From Octopus sinensis (lineage: Eukaryota): a stretch of 64,000 bases of DNA. The stretch is taken from NCBI RefSeq assembly GCF_006345805.1, contig NW_021832268.1:1-64000 (forward strand), given 5' to 3'. The first letter of the stretch is position 1, and every line of letters begins with the position of its first letter. The notes beneath the pieces were generated by a model. The model made no database searches. It was given only the letters and a program-made list of their open reading frames with translations, and was not told the DNA's origin. The translations under genes and the position numbers were made by a program. Shown here piece after piece: positions 12,305 through 24,789 of this stretch.

Positions 12305-12599
12305 GACGAGCTTCTTTTAGTTTCCATCTACGAATGCAGCTCCTCCACTCCTATTACATGAAACATATGTACATACCTATTTTTTGTTACAAAAGATATC
12401 AAATAGCCATTTCATTATGCAGTGTGGACCAAAAGTTACGCACCAAAACAGTCGACATTTTGTATCACTTTATTATTCATGTACACACAACAGATTTGAC
12501 TGTTGGAAAAGAAAATTTCCTATCATCGGACTACAACAAGTAACCTTAGATGCTCCTAAGTATCCCACGTATCTTAGCTGTCCCTAATAACACTATTCT

Positions 12600-12824
12600 C
12601 TGCAGCTGGGTTTATGCATATTTCCTCTATCTATCTATCTGTTCAAATCTTTAGGGATTGTTCCCAATGCACCCATAACTACTAGGATCCATTTCAATCA
12701 CACTTTCCATAGTCTCTGTAATTCAATGGTTAGGTCCTGGTACTTTGCTATTTTTTCTATACCTCTCATATTGATTTTCTTTTGAGATTGTAAAGTCAAT
12801 TACCTGGCATTTTCTATTCTCCTA

Positions 12825-12826
<2 letters not shown>
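12600..12826 (-). mobile_element. R4/Dong-like LINE fragment (restriction-like endonuclease domain)
   Basis: IDFTISKKINMRGIEKIAKYQDLTIELQRLWK...VMGALGTIP; 5' end abuts (ATT)n. Confidence 0.75.
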
Positions 12827-12862
<36 letters not shown>

Positions 12863-12868
12863 TATTAT

Positions 12869-12930
<62 letters not shown>

Positions 12931-12935
12931 CAACA
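12826..12935. repeat. (ATT)n directly followed by (AAT)n
   Basis: Direct reading; the orientation switch creates a palindrome. Confidence 0.9.
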
Positions 12936-14502
12936 TGGTTTTGTGCGCCAAGTTATGTCAAGATTGTTTCATCCCTGAATCATATCCTCGCAAAGTTAAC
13001 CAAAATTTACAAAGTCACTTCCAAAATGTTTCGGTTCAATAAATAACCAAATATATATCGATGGGATCCATTCCTATATTCCTATACCTGCCCAGAACAT
13101 AATAGTTCGGGAGTTGGATATTTTCGGTTGCTATCGCAGATTTCGAAAATTTTTAAATTTTGTTCCAATTGGCTTTAAATTTGGTTATACCAATTTAGCT
13201 TTGTATGTTAATAATGAAAATGAAATTCATTGTTGCCGTAAATAAAAAAAAAAGTTAATTGTTTTTGAACTTTGAAAATTTTGGGTAATTTTAGCCAATC
13301 AAACGCCAGCGTTATACACATGACCGTAAATCTCACATTGTATCTGGTTCCATAGTAACATGCAGCCTGACAGCCAGCCTGGTTCCACAGTAAATTGCAG
13401 CCTGACACTTTCACCATCGCAACCACTCCCACAAGTTTTGACAAGCGATATCATCTTGTGCTTGTGTTTATTGCCTTTTGTTACTTTATAACAGACAGCT
13501 ACCACGCAGAAAAGGCTGGCTTACGGTGGAAACGATTCACCTACTGGCTTCACAGTTGTTAAAATACATTCAAAGTAGAATCTGTCACCAGTTCTGCAAA
13601 GAAAAGATTCTGGAGCATCTCCTCAAAGTTCAAATCCAGAGAAATTCCTTGAATCATAGTTATTCACTATATTTGCACAGAAAGTGCAACCTGCCCTTAA
13701 TGCTTTTTTTTCCTTAGTTAACAACATCTTCCTAACACATTTTTCATGGGGGGAAACTAGGATCTTTCAACGTTCTCGTCTTGGTCCGTTTCAGCTAAAC
13801 TCTCTAGTTAGTTCCTGCAGACTTTTCTTTCTTTCCAGAAGTAAGAATTTCACTCGTCTAACATCTGTGTTTGTAGTAGTTCAAGATCCATTGTTTTTTT
13901 TTTTTTTAGTAAACAGAGGAGTTGGAATTTAGTTCTTTCTGTTTCTTTTTTCAGTAGTTCCTAGATTTCAGTACTGCGTCTGCTTTACGACTTTTAATAT
14001 CTCTATAAGCATGGACTTCCCTCTCTCTCTAATACAAAAGAAAATAATCGCGAATCAATCAAGCTAACCAAGATGTAATTAGAGCTAGTTACACACATAA
14101 AATCTAGACATTGAAAACAAAAACCATTTCCGCATTTCCATTCCAAAGAAACCTAAAAGTACATTGGTTGACATTTTCAATAGATTTTTCCCAATTTTTT
14201 CTTATATGTAAAAACAAAAAGGTTAAAACCGTCTTTTCATCTATTTCTATTCAATTTTAATTTCTTCTGTTTTACCTGAGATGTTGACACTTAACAATAA
14301 CGGATGAACATCGGAAAATATTTTTTTTCAGATTAGCTCGACGTTTAACTTTGTAAAACATTTTTTTCTTTCCAAACAAATGCTATAAAAGGATATTTGG
14401 AGAAAGTCTTGCAGCATTTGGAACAAATAACCAATATAAAGTAACTTTCGTTTAAACTGTATTCGAGAATACGCCTACGTATCGAGTTCTCTAATATATA
14501 TA

Positions 14503-14776
14503 CAGAGTGTTCAAAAAGTCTCTCCGCAGTAAGTATTTTATTGCAAAATAAATATTTATAACATGCTTTAAGACTACAAAAGAATATATTAGACTTTACA
14601 AGACTTGCAAAAACTTTTATAAGAGGTGTTCAAAGTGTCGTCCTTCATTTTCAATACATAAATTAACTTTTCTACAGATGTTTTGAAATACATCTTGGAG
14701 AATCTGACTCGGTATGGACCGTGCGAAAGTTATGTTTGAAAAACATTCACTGCGGAGAGACTTTTTGAACACGGTG
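14503..14776 (-). mobile_element. 274-bp Tc1/mariner-derived MITE
   Basis: 28-bp TIRs cagagtgttcaaaaagtctctccgcagt (26/28 match), TA at left; retains transposase C-terminus ...ICRKVNLCIENEGRHFEHLL*. Confidence 0.85.
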
Positions 14777-14834
14777 TGTGTGTGTGTGTGTGCGTGTGTA
14801 TGTGTGTGTGTGTGTGTGTGTCTATATATATATA

Positions 14835-15164
14835 CAGTCATTTGACTGCGGCCATGCTGGAGGACCGACTTAAAGAGTCTTCGTCGAACAAATCGACCCC
14901 AGGAGTTATTCCATCGGCCTCTTTTGCCGAACCGCTAAGTTCACCAACATCGGTTGTCAAGTGATGGTAGAGGGACAAACACAAACACACACACACTCAT
15001 ATATACAAATGGCTTCTTTCAGTTTCCGTCTGCCAAATCTACTCACAAGGCATTTGTCGGTCCGAGGCTATAGTAGAAGACACTTGCCCAAAGTGCCACG
15101 CAGTGGGACAGAACCCAGAACCATATGGTTGGGAAGCAAGCTTCTTACCACACAACCACCCCTG
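14835..15164 (-). mobile_element. CORE-type SINE
   Basis: Similarity to family copies. Confidence 0.85.
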
Positions 15165-15204
15165 TATATACATATATATATATATGGTGTGTGTGTGTGT
15201 GTCT

Positions 15205-15287
<83 letters not shown>

Positions 15288-15312
15288 GTATGTATATATA
15301 TGTATATATATA

Positions 15313-15662
15313 TGGGTTGGCAAGAAAGTAATTTCGTTTTTCGCAAATAGATAGAGTTACGATTCATTTGAATGACTTTTGTCAGTGTTATGATTTTTTT
15401 ATCTTTGACATTTGATAGCCATTACTTTTAGCTTACTTTAAATGCAAGCTGCGCGTAATTTTGTTTACAGCTGTTAGTTCATTGTCAATTTTAACATGGA
15501 GTGCAAAACGAACGTTTTCGCCAAATTTTGCTTTTTTTATTTCCGTAAAGGCAAGAAAGCTGCTGACGCTCACAAAGAGATACGTAAAATTTAAGGGGTT
15601 GATTGCTTAACAGGACGCACATGTCACAAATGGTTTTTAAAATTACGTTCTAGAGATTTCTT
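15313..15662 (+). mobile_element. mariner 5' end (TIR plus N-terminal HTH), truncated
   Basis: ATG at 15496: MECK..RFRQILLFYFRKGKKAADAHKEI...GVDCLTGRTCHKWFLKLRSRDF (Mos1-type HTH; frameshift and stop). Confidence 0.8.
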
Positions 15663-15844
15663 CCCACGTGACCGATCGGCCAAGCCTGCTTGCTCTTTCT
15701 TTCTTTGTCTGACCATTGTCCGTGCAACATCGATATTGTTTGTGAAATTTCTGTGTCTCAGCCGTAAGGATTCATTTCCACACGCGCCAGCTTAATTCAA
15801 TTCGTCCTTAGTCGAAAGACACCTGTTGTTATGTCCTGTTGTTG

Positions 15845-15901
<57 letters not shown>

Positions 15902-16012
15902 ATTGTTGTATTTATATTTGTGTAACATTGTCCGTTTCTTCCGTCCTTGTTCTTGTATACATTCGCTGCTTTCTTCCAAGGAATCTAATGCTCTTAGCTT
16001 AGTTTTTCTTTG
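15662..16012 (+). mobile_element. Family G pLTR-like fragment
   Basis: Closely matches 30160-30470 (cccacgtgaccgatcg...gcttaattcaattcgtccttagtcgaaagacacc...ccaaggaatctaatgc). Confidence 0.6.
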
Positions 16013-16379
16013 GTAATTACCAAGGAGACATATATTAATTTCAAGGTTCTCATACTAAAGTATATGCAAATTTCACATTTGATATTACTGAAGAGAAGAA
16101 GAGTTATTTATGAATGCTTATCAATACAGGATTCCATTATTCTATATTATCTAAGTATATGAACTATATTTGGAATACAAGACAATATAACGGATTTTAC
16201 ATATGATTATGGATTATTACAGAAGATTAACCAAGGAAGTATATATGGATTTAAAGACTCATCAAAAGCAGTATTTTAAAAAATTTTTAATTTATATTTC
16301 AAACAAACACCATTTTATAGTATTACTTTAAATTAAAAAAAAACTACCATTCCAAATGTTATACAAAATTCAAATTTTA

Positions 16380-16471
16380 TATCTCTGAAGAGCAGAAAAG
16401 TTGTCTATAAATGCTTACCAATATAGGATTTCATTATAGAGACAGCACTTCTGTGAAACGATCGTAAGATG
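16380..16471 (+). ncRNA. Type-I hammerhead with long stem II (family B)
   Basis: TATCT/AGATG stem I; CTGAAGA; stem II GCAGAA/TTCTGT + GTTGTCT/AGACAGC + ATAAATG/CATTAT; GAAA-CGATCG-TA. Confidence 0.75.
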
Positions 16472-17120
16472 CTTTAGATACTTAATTCAAACTTTTAAAC
16501 TGTCATATACATTATATATTTATACTAATACATATTTACATATATTTTTTTATATATATTTATATTTTTAATACAACAATTATTTTACACACATACATAT
16601 CTTTCTGAGGAATTTTCTAATATTGATTTCCTTATATTAATAATAATATATTATTAAAAAGATATATATATTTATTCATACATATGTGTGTGTGTGTCTA
16701 TATATGTATTACGTATGTACATGTGTTGTATGAATGTATATATTTACGTGATATATATATATATATATATATATGCATACTTACATACCTACGAATATAC
16801 GCCCACACACATATACAGATGGATACGCATATACGTATGTACCTGCTAGTCCGTATATAAACATATACACATACATATGTACATACACAATTGAAGCAGA
16901 GCATTAACAGGATCAACTTCGGGGGACTCCGTGAATGAGGAAGGGGTAATTCCCCTTCCCAACAAGTAAATTGCATTCGCACAGGAGAGTATAAGTACAT
17001 AGAAACTTAAATGGACATGTACGCATATACATACACATAAAGAGAAAGTCATACATATACATATATATACATAACATATACACACAAATGAAGGTACATA
17101 CATGTGTGTGTGTATATAGA

Positions 17121-17124
17121 TATA

Positions 17125-17156
<32 letters not shown>

Positions 17157-17161
17157 ATATA

Positions 17162-17194
<33 letters not shown>

Positions 17195-17313
17195 ATTTAC
17201 GTGCAGTTTACATAGGAATAAATTACAAAAAAGACCAGTCTGCCTTTCATAATATAATGTACGAATGTTATCCTATTACACTGGCAACAGCTGGCACAGT
17301 CTGTGCATATATA

Positions 17314-17351
<38 letters not shown>

Positions 17352-17596
17352 TATATGTATGTATTGTTTTCGTATGCATGGTATATATATAAATGTATAT
17401 CCATATATATATGTATACATATATATTATATATATATATATATATACACATACATACATATACATGTATATACATACATACATAAATATATATATACATA
17501 TATGTATATATATATGTATATGTACATATATATATATGGATATATATATGCATATGACTATACATATATATATCTATGTATATGCATATATATATG

Positions 17597-17652
<56 letters not shown>

Positions 17653-17720
17653 TAAACATATACATACACACACACACACACACACATATATAATATATAT
17701 GTGTATGTGTGTGTGTGTGT
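17121..17720. repeat. (TA)n/(CA)n compound microsatellites
   Basis: Direct reading. Confidence 0.9.
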
Positions 17721-17774
17721 GTAGGTTGTCTAATCCTTGTGCAGAGTATGACCACCTTTAATACCTACACCTTA

Positions 17775-17965
17775 GAACCATCATGGCGTCTGATGTCTCT
17801 TTCTAAACCAGACAATGTTTTGAAAAGACACCCACGTAGATTGTATATTCAATTTGGACCACGAAGAGCTGCAGATAAGTCCTGATCTTTGTGGATCTTA
17901 AGATGTCTTTTATGGCCTCCGTTAGATTTGCAGACTTTATGGTACACATGGCATTGAAAGTTGAG
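17775..17965 (-). pseudogene. Two degenerate C2H2 fingers, probably an RTE-type LINE C-terminus
   Basis: FQCHVYHKVCKSNGGHKRHLKIH...*...LRGCLFKTLSGLERDIRRH. Confidence 0.45.
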
Positions 17966-18392
17966 CGTACACATACAAGTAGAATATATATACAATGTAC
18001 TGTTCCATGATGGTAAATATTATTTTAATAGACACAATATATGTTTTCATGTGCTACTAATAGTTTCTTGTGCTGAGAACATGCCAAATAATGAATTATA
18101 ACATGGGTAACATCCCCGCACATTCATCGGGCACAAAACACATAGTATAACGAATAAAAAATTGAATGAAAGAAATGCGAAAAGTTGAGAAAGAAGCATA
18201 TAGGAAACGTCAAAAATATTAATAAAACGGCAAATATAAAAAAAAAGTAACCATAAGTAAGAAAAAAAGTAAATAGTAGACCTAGTAGCTTTAAAAATCA
18301 AGTAATAGATAAACCCTGTAATATAAATCAGAATAATAATAATAATACTACTACTACTACTACTACTACTAATAATAATAATAATAATAATG

Positions 18393-18438
<46 letters not shown>

Positions 18439-18510
18439 TAATAATAATAATTAATAATAATAATATAATAATAATATAATGATAATAATAATAATAATAA
18501 TAATAATAAT

Positions 18511-19399
18511 GGCCTCTGGCTTAAAATCTGAAACAGAGGGGTTTATCATAGCAGCTCAAGATCAATGCCTACCAACAAGAACTACCAGGCCAACATATTA
18601 AAGATCAGAAGCAGTCCAACGTGTGGTATGCAAGCAACAAAATGAAACCATTGACCATGTGTCTCCAAGTGCAGTCTTCTAGCGCCTACAGAGTATCTCA
18701 ACAGGCACGATAGAGCTGCACAATATATTCACTGGGTAATCTGTAAAAACCTGGATTTGCCCCATGAAAAAAAACTGGTGGGAACACAAACCACCCCCAG
18801 TGCTTGAAAATGACCACATCTCATCCTCTGGAACTTCACCATTCAAACTGACAGGAAGATAGATGCAAATAGGCCAGACATCATATTGAAAGACTTCAAA
18901 CAAAGAACATGCCTCCTCATTGATATGACGGTCCCAATCGATATAAACGTATCTGTCAGGACCTACCAAAACTGAGCAAATATAACGATCTTGAAATAGA
19001 AATCAGCAAAATGTGGAAGCTGAAGACTAAAACAATACCTGTGTCATAGGGTGCCCTGGGAATGATAGCAAAAGGGGCTGATAGCTACCTAACTCAGATA
19101 CCAGGAAACCCAAAAATGGCAGAAGTTCAAAAGATAGTGCTCATGGGAACTGCCTCATATCCTACGCAAAATACTCTCTATGTAACCTCAAGGTTAAAAC
19201 AACCATAATTTTCGGTTTAAAAAAAAAAAAAAAACTTTATTTTTTTTTTTTTTAGACATTCATTAGTAAAACATCCCCACCCCCCAAATATATGGCACAC
19301 TAGGCATAAAACAACATGAACTTCCAACCCTGTTGTCTCTTGAGGTCTCTGGGTGAGACCTGGAGCCAACTTGTACAAATATAAGCAAAAGTCAAAATA

Positions 19400-19400
<1 letters not shown>
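18511..19400 (+). mobile_element. 5'-truncated R4/Dong-like LINE inside (TAA)n
   Basis: LKSETEGFIIAAQDQ, CCHC knuckle, ANRPDII...LLIDMTVP, KLSKY.DLEIEI.KMW, GALG; stop 19183-19185; (AAT)n on both sides; several frameshifts. Confidence 0.9.
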
Positions 19401-19455
<55 letters not shown>

Positions 19456-19740
19456 GACCTAGAAATAGACAAAGAAAATTATTTGGTTCTCCCCTCCCTT
19501 TTCCCTTAATGTAACAGCTAATACAGGTAAAATCTTCCTGTCTCTCCTAGACAAACATTTTCCAACAACGCACAAGTACAGGAACATATTTAACAGGCGT
19601 TCTCTGAAATTATCATATAGTAAGTGGAAACGATGTTATATTTGTACATAAATTCTCCTTCTTAGTTTCTTTCTGCCCCTACTTCATTTACTATGCATCA
19701 AGGTATACATACACTCACCCCCTCACACATGCACACGTAC

Positions 19741-19779
<39 letters not shown>

Positions 19780-19896
19780 ATATATTATATATATATATAT
19801 AAAAGTTCATGTATGTATTTGTATACGCATATGGACTGACATATATATATAGACACATATGTGTGTGTGGAGGCGCAATGGCCCAATTGAGCAAAT

Positions 19897-20180
19897 AGTA
19901 TCAGTTGGACATTGGGTTCGATGTAATCGACTTTGACCCTCCAAATTTGATCCTCCAAAATTGTTGGCCCTGTGCCAAAATTTGAGATCAGTATTTCTTC
20001 GGGTTTTAAGGCAGTGAGCTTGAAGAATCGTTAGTACGCCGGGTGAAATACTTAGCGGCCTTTCATCCTTTCGGGGTTGATAAAATAAGTACCAGTTGAA
20101 CACTGGGAGCCGGTTTAATTGACTGATCCCACCCCCAAAATTGCTGGTCTCGTGCCAAAATTTGAAATCAATATTTCTTC
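19897..20180 (+). mobile_element. Rearranged Nin-like SINE pieces
   Basis: Core tttcatcctttcggggttgataaaataagtaccag; duplicated tail. Confidence 0.6.
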
Positions 20181-20487
20181 AGGCTTCTTTATATGATTTC
20201 CTTATAAATACATTTTCAAATGATTTTTGTATAAACAAGAAAAATTTTTTTCTTAAACTACTTCTATCGCCCCTGGCTTTAGTATTTGTATTTCATTAAC
20301 TTTAGATTGTTTCTGTCACAGGAAATGGAGTTAATGTTGTTATTAGTACTGATATAAAACTTCATTAATTAGTTAATGAGTTAATTTAATTCTAAATTAA
20401 ATCTTGATTGTTATACAGGGTTTCTGGATGTCTTTTCTTTAAATAAAACAACAGATATTTCGACGTTTTACGTCATAATATTAATCC

Positions 20488-20686
20488 GTTCTTAGCACGC
20501 CGGACAAAATGTTTGGCGGCTTTTCGTTCGTCTTTACGTTCTGAGTTGAAATTCCGCTGTGGTTGACTTTGAATTTCATCTTTTCGGGATCGATAAAATA
20601 AGTACCAATTGCGCACTGGGATCAATGTAATCGATTGGCTTTCTTCCCTGAAATTGCTGGCTTTCTGCCAATATTTAAAATGAATA
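20488..20686 (+). mobile_element. Nin-like SINE
   Basis: ttagcacgccggacaaaatg...ttctgagttgaaattcc...gataaaataagtacc. Confidence 0.75.
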
Positions 20687-21250
20687 TAAATTCGTTCCTT
20701 TTTCAAAGCGCACACACATGATGGATGTCCACTAGTGGCGGTGGAAGACCATTACTGACCATTGCCGATGCAGAGTGCCAGCAATGGCAGTGCATAAGGT
20801 TATTGCACCCGCGGCTGGTTTCTGCCCAGGTTTCAGTCAGTGGTGCCCTTGTCAACTGGATATCGGAAATTCGTTACGTCGATGATCGCGCATTCTAAAA
20901 TTTTACTTCCGATAAGGCTTGTACAGCACCTCACAGACCCCCACAATCTTGCTGAAAGGATCCAGAGACAAGCCAGAATGAGATATCTAGTGTTAACATT
21001 AATCGCAGGCTCAGAAGCGAAACGTTGGACGAAATGCTATCAAGTGTACATACATAAACCTCATATTCACACACGCGCACTAATAGGGTGAGAAACAAAA
21101 TACAATTTTAAAAAGTCAAACGGAATGAGTTTACAATCAGTTCGACACTCGTAAACTAATTCTTATAACGTTTTGGATAAGGTCGTTCCTCAGAATATCG
21201 TGTTGAGTGAAAAGTGAGGATGAATTATATATGTATAAGTGTGTTAAAAA

Positions 21251-21757
21251 CTTTCGGTATGCAAATTAGGGACTCCTTCATAAAATAACTGCTGCGTTTT
21301 TTCAGCCTATAAAACAGTTTGGCTTCTTGTTTCTCTGAAGATTGTCTCTGATGAGAACCCAATATGTTTCGAAAATCCATTAAGTTTGTTCACCATGTTT
21401 TTCAGTCTGTGAAGAAATGGCTAAAATTTGCCCTGTTTATAATTATACCATATGTTACATTTTCATTATATCATACCTTGATACTATGTGGACTAAGATC
21501 CCCGTTGACAGGATGCTGGTATTTATAGAGTGGTAGCCACTTTCGGTATGCAAATTAGGGACCCCTTCATAGAGTAACTGCTGCATTTGTTCAGTTTATG
21601 AAATAGTTTAGCTGCTCTTTTCTCTGGAGATTGTCAAAGTGATGTGGCCGCCTCCAATGAGAATCCAGTAAGGTTCGAAAATCAATTAAGATTGTTCATT
21701 ATTTTTGTTCAGTCTGCGGAGAAATGGCTACAATTTGCCCTGTTTATAATTATACCA
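21251..21757 (+). mobile_element. Tandem pair of ~200-bp pLTR-like repeats, each with an HHR motif (family C)
   Basis: 21251-21450 matches 21540-21757; HHR motifs at 21345-21385 and 21651-21691. Confidence 0.6.
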
Positions 21758-23574
21758 TTTATTACGTATATATATATATATAAGGGTGATACGGTTCATA
21801 TATAATTCTCTATTATTTTTTAATAGCAATAGTATTGACAGTGACTTCAAAACTCCGACGTCACTGTCACTGTCAATTCTATTCTTGTAAAAGAATAATA
21901 AATATGTACTCTGCATAAAATATTGTGCAATTAGACAGTTTAATGTAAAATTATTTTTATTATAACTCAACATACAAACAAACATTCAGCTATGCGTAGC
22001 TGAAAGATCACAGATCCTTTTTAGGTCTAGGAATTCCATCGCACTACTGAAATTATCAGCAGATGTAAACATATGGATAAACTCCTGTTGGCGAATTGGA
22101 AAATACCATCCTCTCCAAACTGAGCAGCTGTACCGCAGACCCTAGGCCCTTCTCCATTCAGCCTTACGACTTTACGGTCAAAAGTAACATAACTCATCAT
22201 ATCACCCCCTTTTTTCCGTTTCGTTTTCCAGTGTTTTAAGCCTGCCACCTTTTACATTTACTTTTTTTCCTGCCCTTTCTTGTATTTTCGCTTAGTCTTT
22301 GGTCCTGTTACAGCTTGTTATGCCATGTGCCCAGAGCCCGTTGATTGCGAGAAGGCACCGACGTATTATAGAATGCTGTCTGAGTTGCTTACATCGCATG
22401 AAACTATTAGTATTACATAAATACAATATATTCTGTGTTTATTAAATATTTATCTCTCTCTAGATGGAGTACTTTGTTGTTGATTTTACCATCACGGAAC
22501 AGTACACTGTGCGTGTGTTTGTGTGGCTTTGTGTGTGTGTGTGGTGTGTGTGTGTGGTGTGTGTGTGTGTGGTGTGTGTGTGTGTGTGTGTGTATGTATA
22601 TTTATATGTAACTGAGCCGAGTAAGAATGATGGGTAGCTCAGCTGGATTTTTGTTTACTAGACCTCACTTTACATATTGTATGAGATATTGCTGGTTTCG
22701 TAACGTAAATATTCAATGTAAAACATGTCGGTGGCGCCGCGACGTAGGAAAACTTAGGAAAAGCAGTTTTCTCTCTTTTCATTTCTCAAAACTCACGCTC
22801 GTCGTTATTCGAAAGCAAATTCAAAGAATATTGAAACAACATCAATAACAATACCGGCATCGACAGCAGCGGCACGTAGTGAGTGAATGCAGTCTACCGA
22901 GATATTGATTGCACGTTTCAGACTTAGAGAAACAATGACAAATTTAATTTCCAATTCGATTGTGTGTTTGTGTGTTGGGAGTGGGGTGAGTGTAAGCACG
23001 CACACGCGTGTATATACGTACACTGTTCAGCCATGTCCCTGTCTTCATAGTACGGTACGGCTCGGAACACAGCTTAATGAAATTTTCGTTTTCATTCTAA
23101 TAAATGAAAGAAAACATGGGTTTAAAGTCCGTTCACCTTCAATTTCGCCAAATTAAGCAAATTGAGTAAATTGTCTCACAAGTATATCATTGTTGTGTGT
23201 GAAATATCGCAGTGTGGTAGCGGCGGCAGTGGCGGAATGCAGTGGTCTCTAAATTTTATGCGTTCATTTCTTATTAAGAGATGGTATCCTTTCATGTTTG
23301 AGCATAAATTCCTGTAATTGTAACGATGTGTCATACGGATGTAACGGGAAGATTTTCATGACTATTCTATTCATCATACTGCCATGTTTATCTTTGGCAT
23401 GTTGATAGCGTATCGATGTACTCACGCCAATGCACATCCATTCTCTCTATTACACTTCTAGCAGTTTTACCATTACATGCAGTACTGAAGGTGAATGCGT
23501 GTACCTATGTGTATATAAATATGCAAGTGTCTCTCCTGATATATTGGTACACACACACGTGCGCATATATATGG

Positions 23575-23720
23575 TTGAAATTTACAGAAAAACAAAAGAC
23601 GAAGACAGGTGTATTAGTTTCATGCTCGGGAAAGTGAGAAAGTCTTTTTCATTTCGAGCCTACGCTCTTCAACAGAAAGGAACACGATGAAATAAACTGA
23701 GAGAGAATTAAAAACTTGTG
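23575..23720 (-). mobile_element. pLTR-like fragment with variant HHR (family F)
   Basis: Minus strand CTTT-CTGTTGA-A-GAGC-GTAG-GCTC-GAAA-TG-AA-AAAG; related to 51731-51956. Confidence 0.5.
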
Positions 23721-24475
23721 GATTTAGCGATCAGTTATGGCGACTGGTTGGAAAAAGGTAATTTGACAGGAGAGCTAGAAAGAAGGGGAGATAATAAACG
23801 AAGGTGCACGTACATGTGTGTATCTGAGAGTGTGTGTGTGTGCGTGTGGATGGGGGCTAATGACTTTGACGCGTAGACTGGTGCCTGTGTAAGTGTGAGC
23901 GTCTGTAATGTGTGGGTGTGCGGGTGTGCGGGTGTGCGGGTGTGCGGGTGTGGGTGTGTGGATGACGGTGTGCGGGTGTGCGGGTGTGTGGGTGATGGTG
24001 TGTGGGTGCTTACTCAACATGCAGGAATTGAACACCTATTTTGTATATCTTTAATTACCTCTGAAGAGATTCGACTTTCAAATAATTTTAGATATTTAAA
24101 TTTAATTAGTTAATTTTCTGAAAATCTGGAATTAAAACAGCTGTAATGGATGTTGTCAATATTTTAATCAATAAATAATCATTTATTAATTACCTCCCTA
24201 TATTCTCATCTTATAAAAAATAAATATATTTAAACCACGGTTTATATTGTTACCTTGCAGTTGAGTATCAACTGTAATGTTCAATATTCTTTGATGCTCT
24301 AACTAACAAGTACTTTCATGGGATTTTGCTATCCCTCAATGAGGTGTGTAACCTTTATTTGTGCTTATATATTATATATATATTATATATATATATACAT
24401 ATATAATGAGGATTATTATGAAATAGCATAAGCATTACGTTTAATTCCTTTTCATATATATACAGCTTCAAACAG

Positions 24476-24558
24476 ACCTACACATGTCTCTACTGCATCG
24501 ATTAGTAGCCGTTGCAACAGCTACCTTACTATAATACAGGTGCAGATTCTTCAGGGTT
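24476..24558 (-). ncRNA. Degenerate type-I hammerhead (family D)
   Basis: ACC/GGT stem I; CTGAAGA; CTGCA/TGCAG stem II with inner GTAGCTGTTGCAACGGCTAC hairpin; GAGA (for GAAA)-C-ATGT-G-TA. Confidence 0.5.
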
Positions 24559-24630
24559 GAATAACCGATTCTGATTACCAAATTGTGAGCAAACAAGTAA
24601 ACGTTTGGAGAAATACCTTACTGATTGCCC

Positions 24631-24661
<31 letters not shown>

Positions 24662-24789
24662 TGTATGTATGTATGTATGTATGTATGTACGTATGTATGT
24701 ATGTATGTATGTATGAATGCATGTATGTATGTATATATATATACATATATATTTATATATATATAATTAATCCCCCCACTCCCAAAAAT

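Noticed and set aside
13290-14000. GC-richer minus-strand segment with Cys-rich partial frames and a 35-bp tandem duplication
   Set aside because: Multiple stops and no recognisable family, so it cannot be called
22372-22420. GAAA-CTATTAG-TA with upstream CTGAG
   Set aside because: 5' core incomplete and no stem I pairing
24055-24140. CTGAAGA-GATT...AATC
   Set aside because: No GAAA, stem III or cleavage triplet follows
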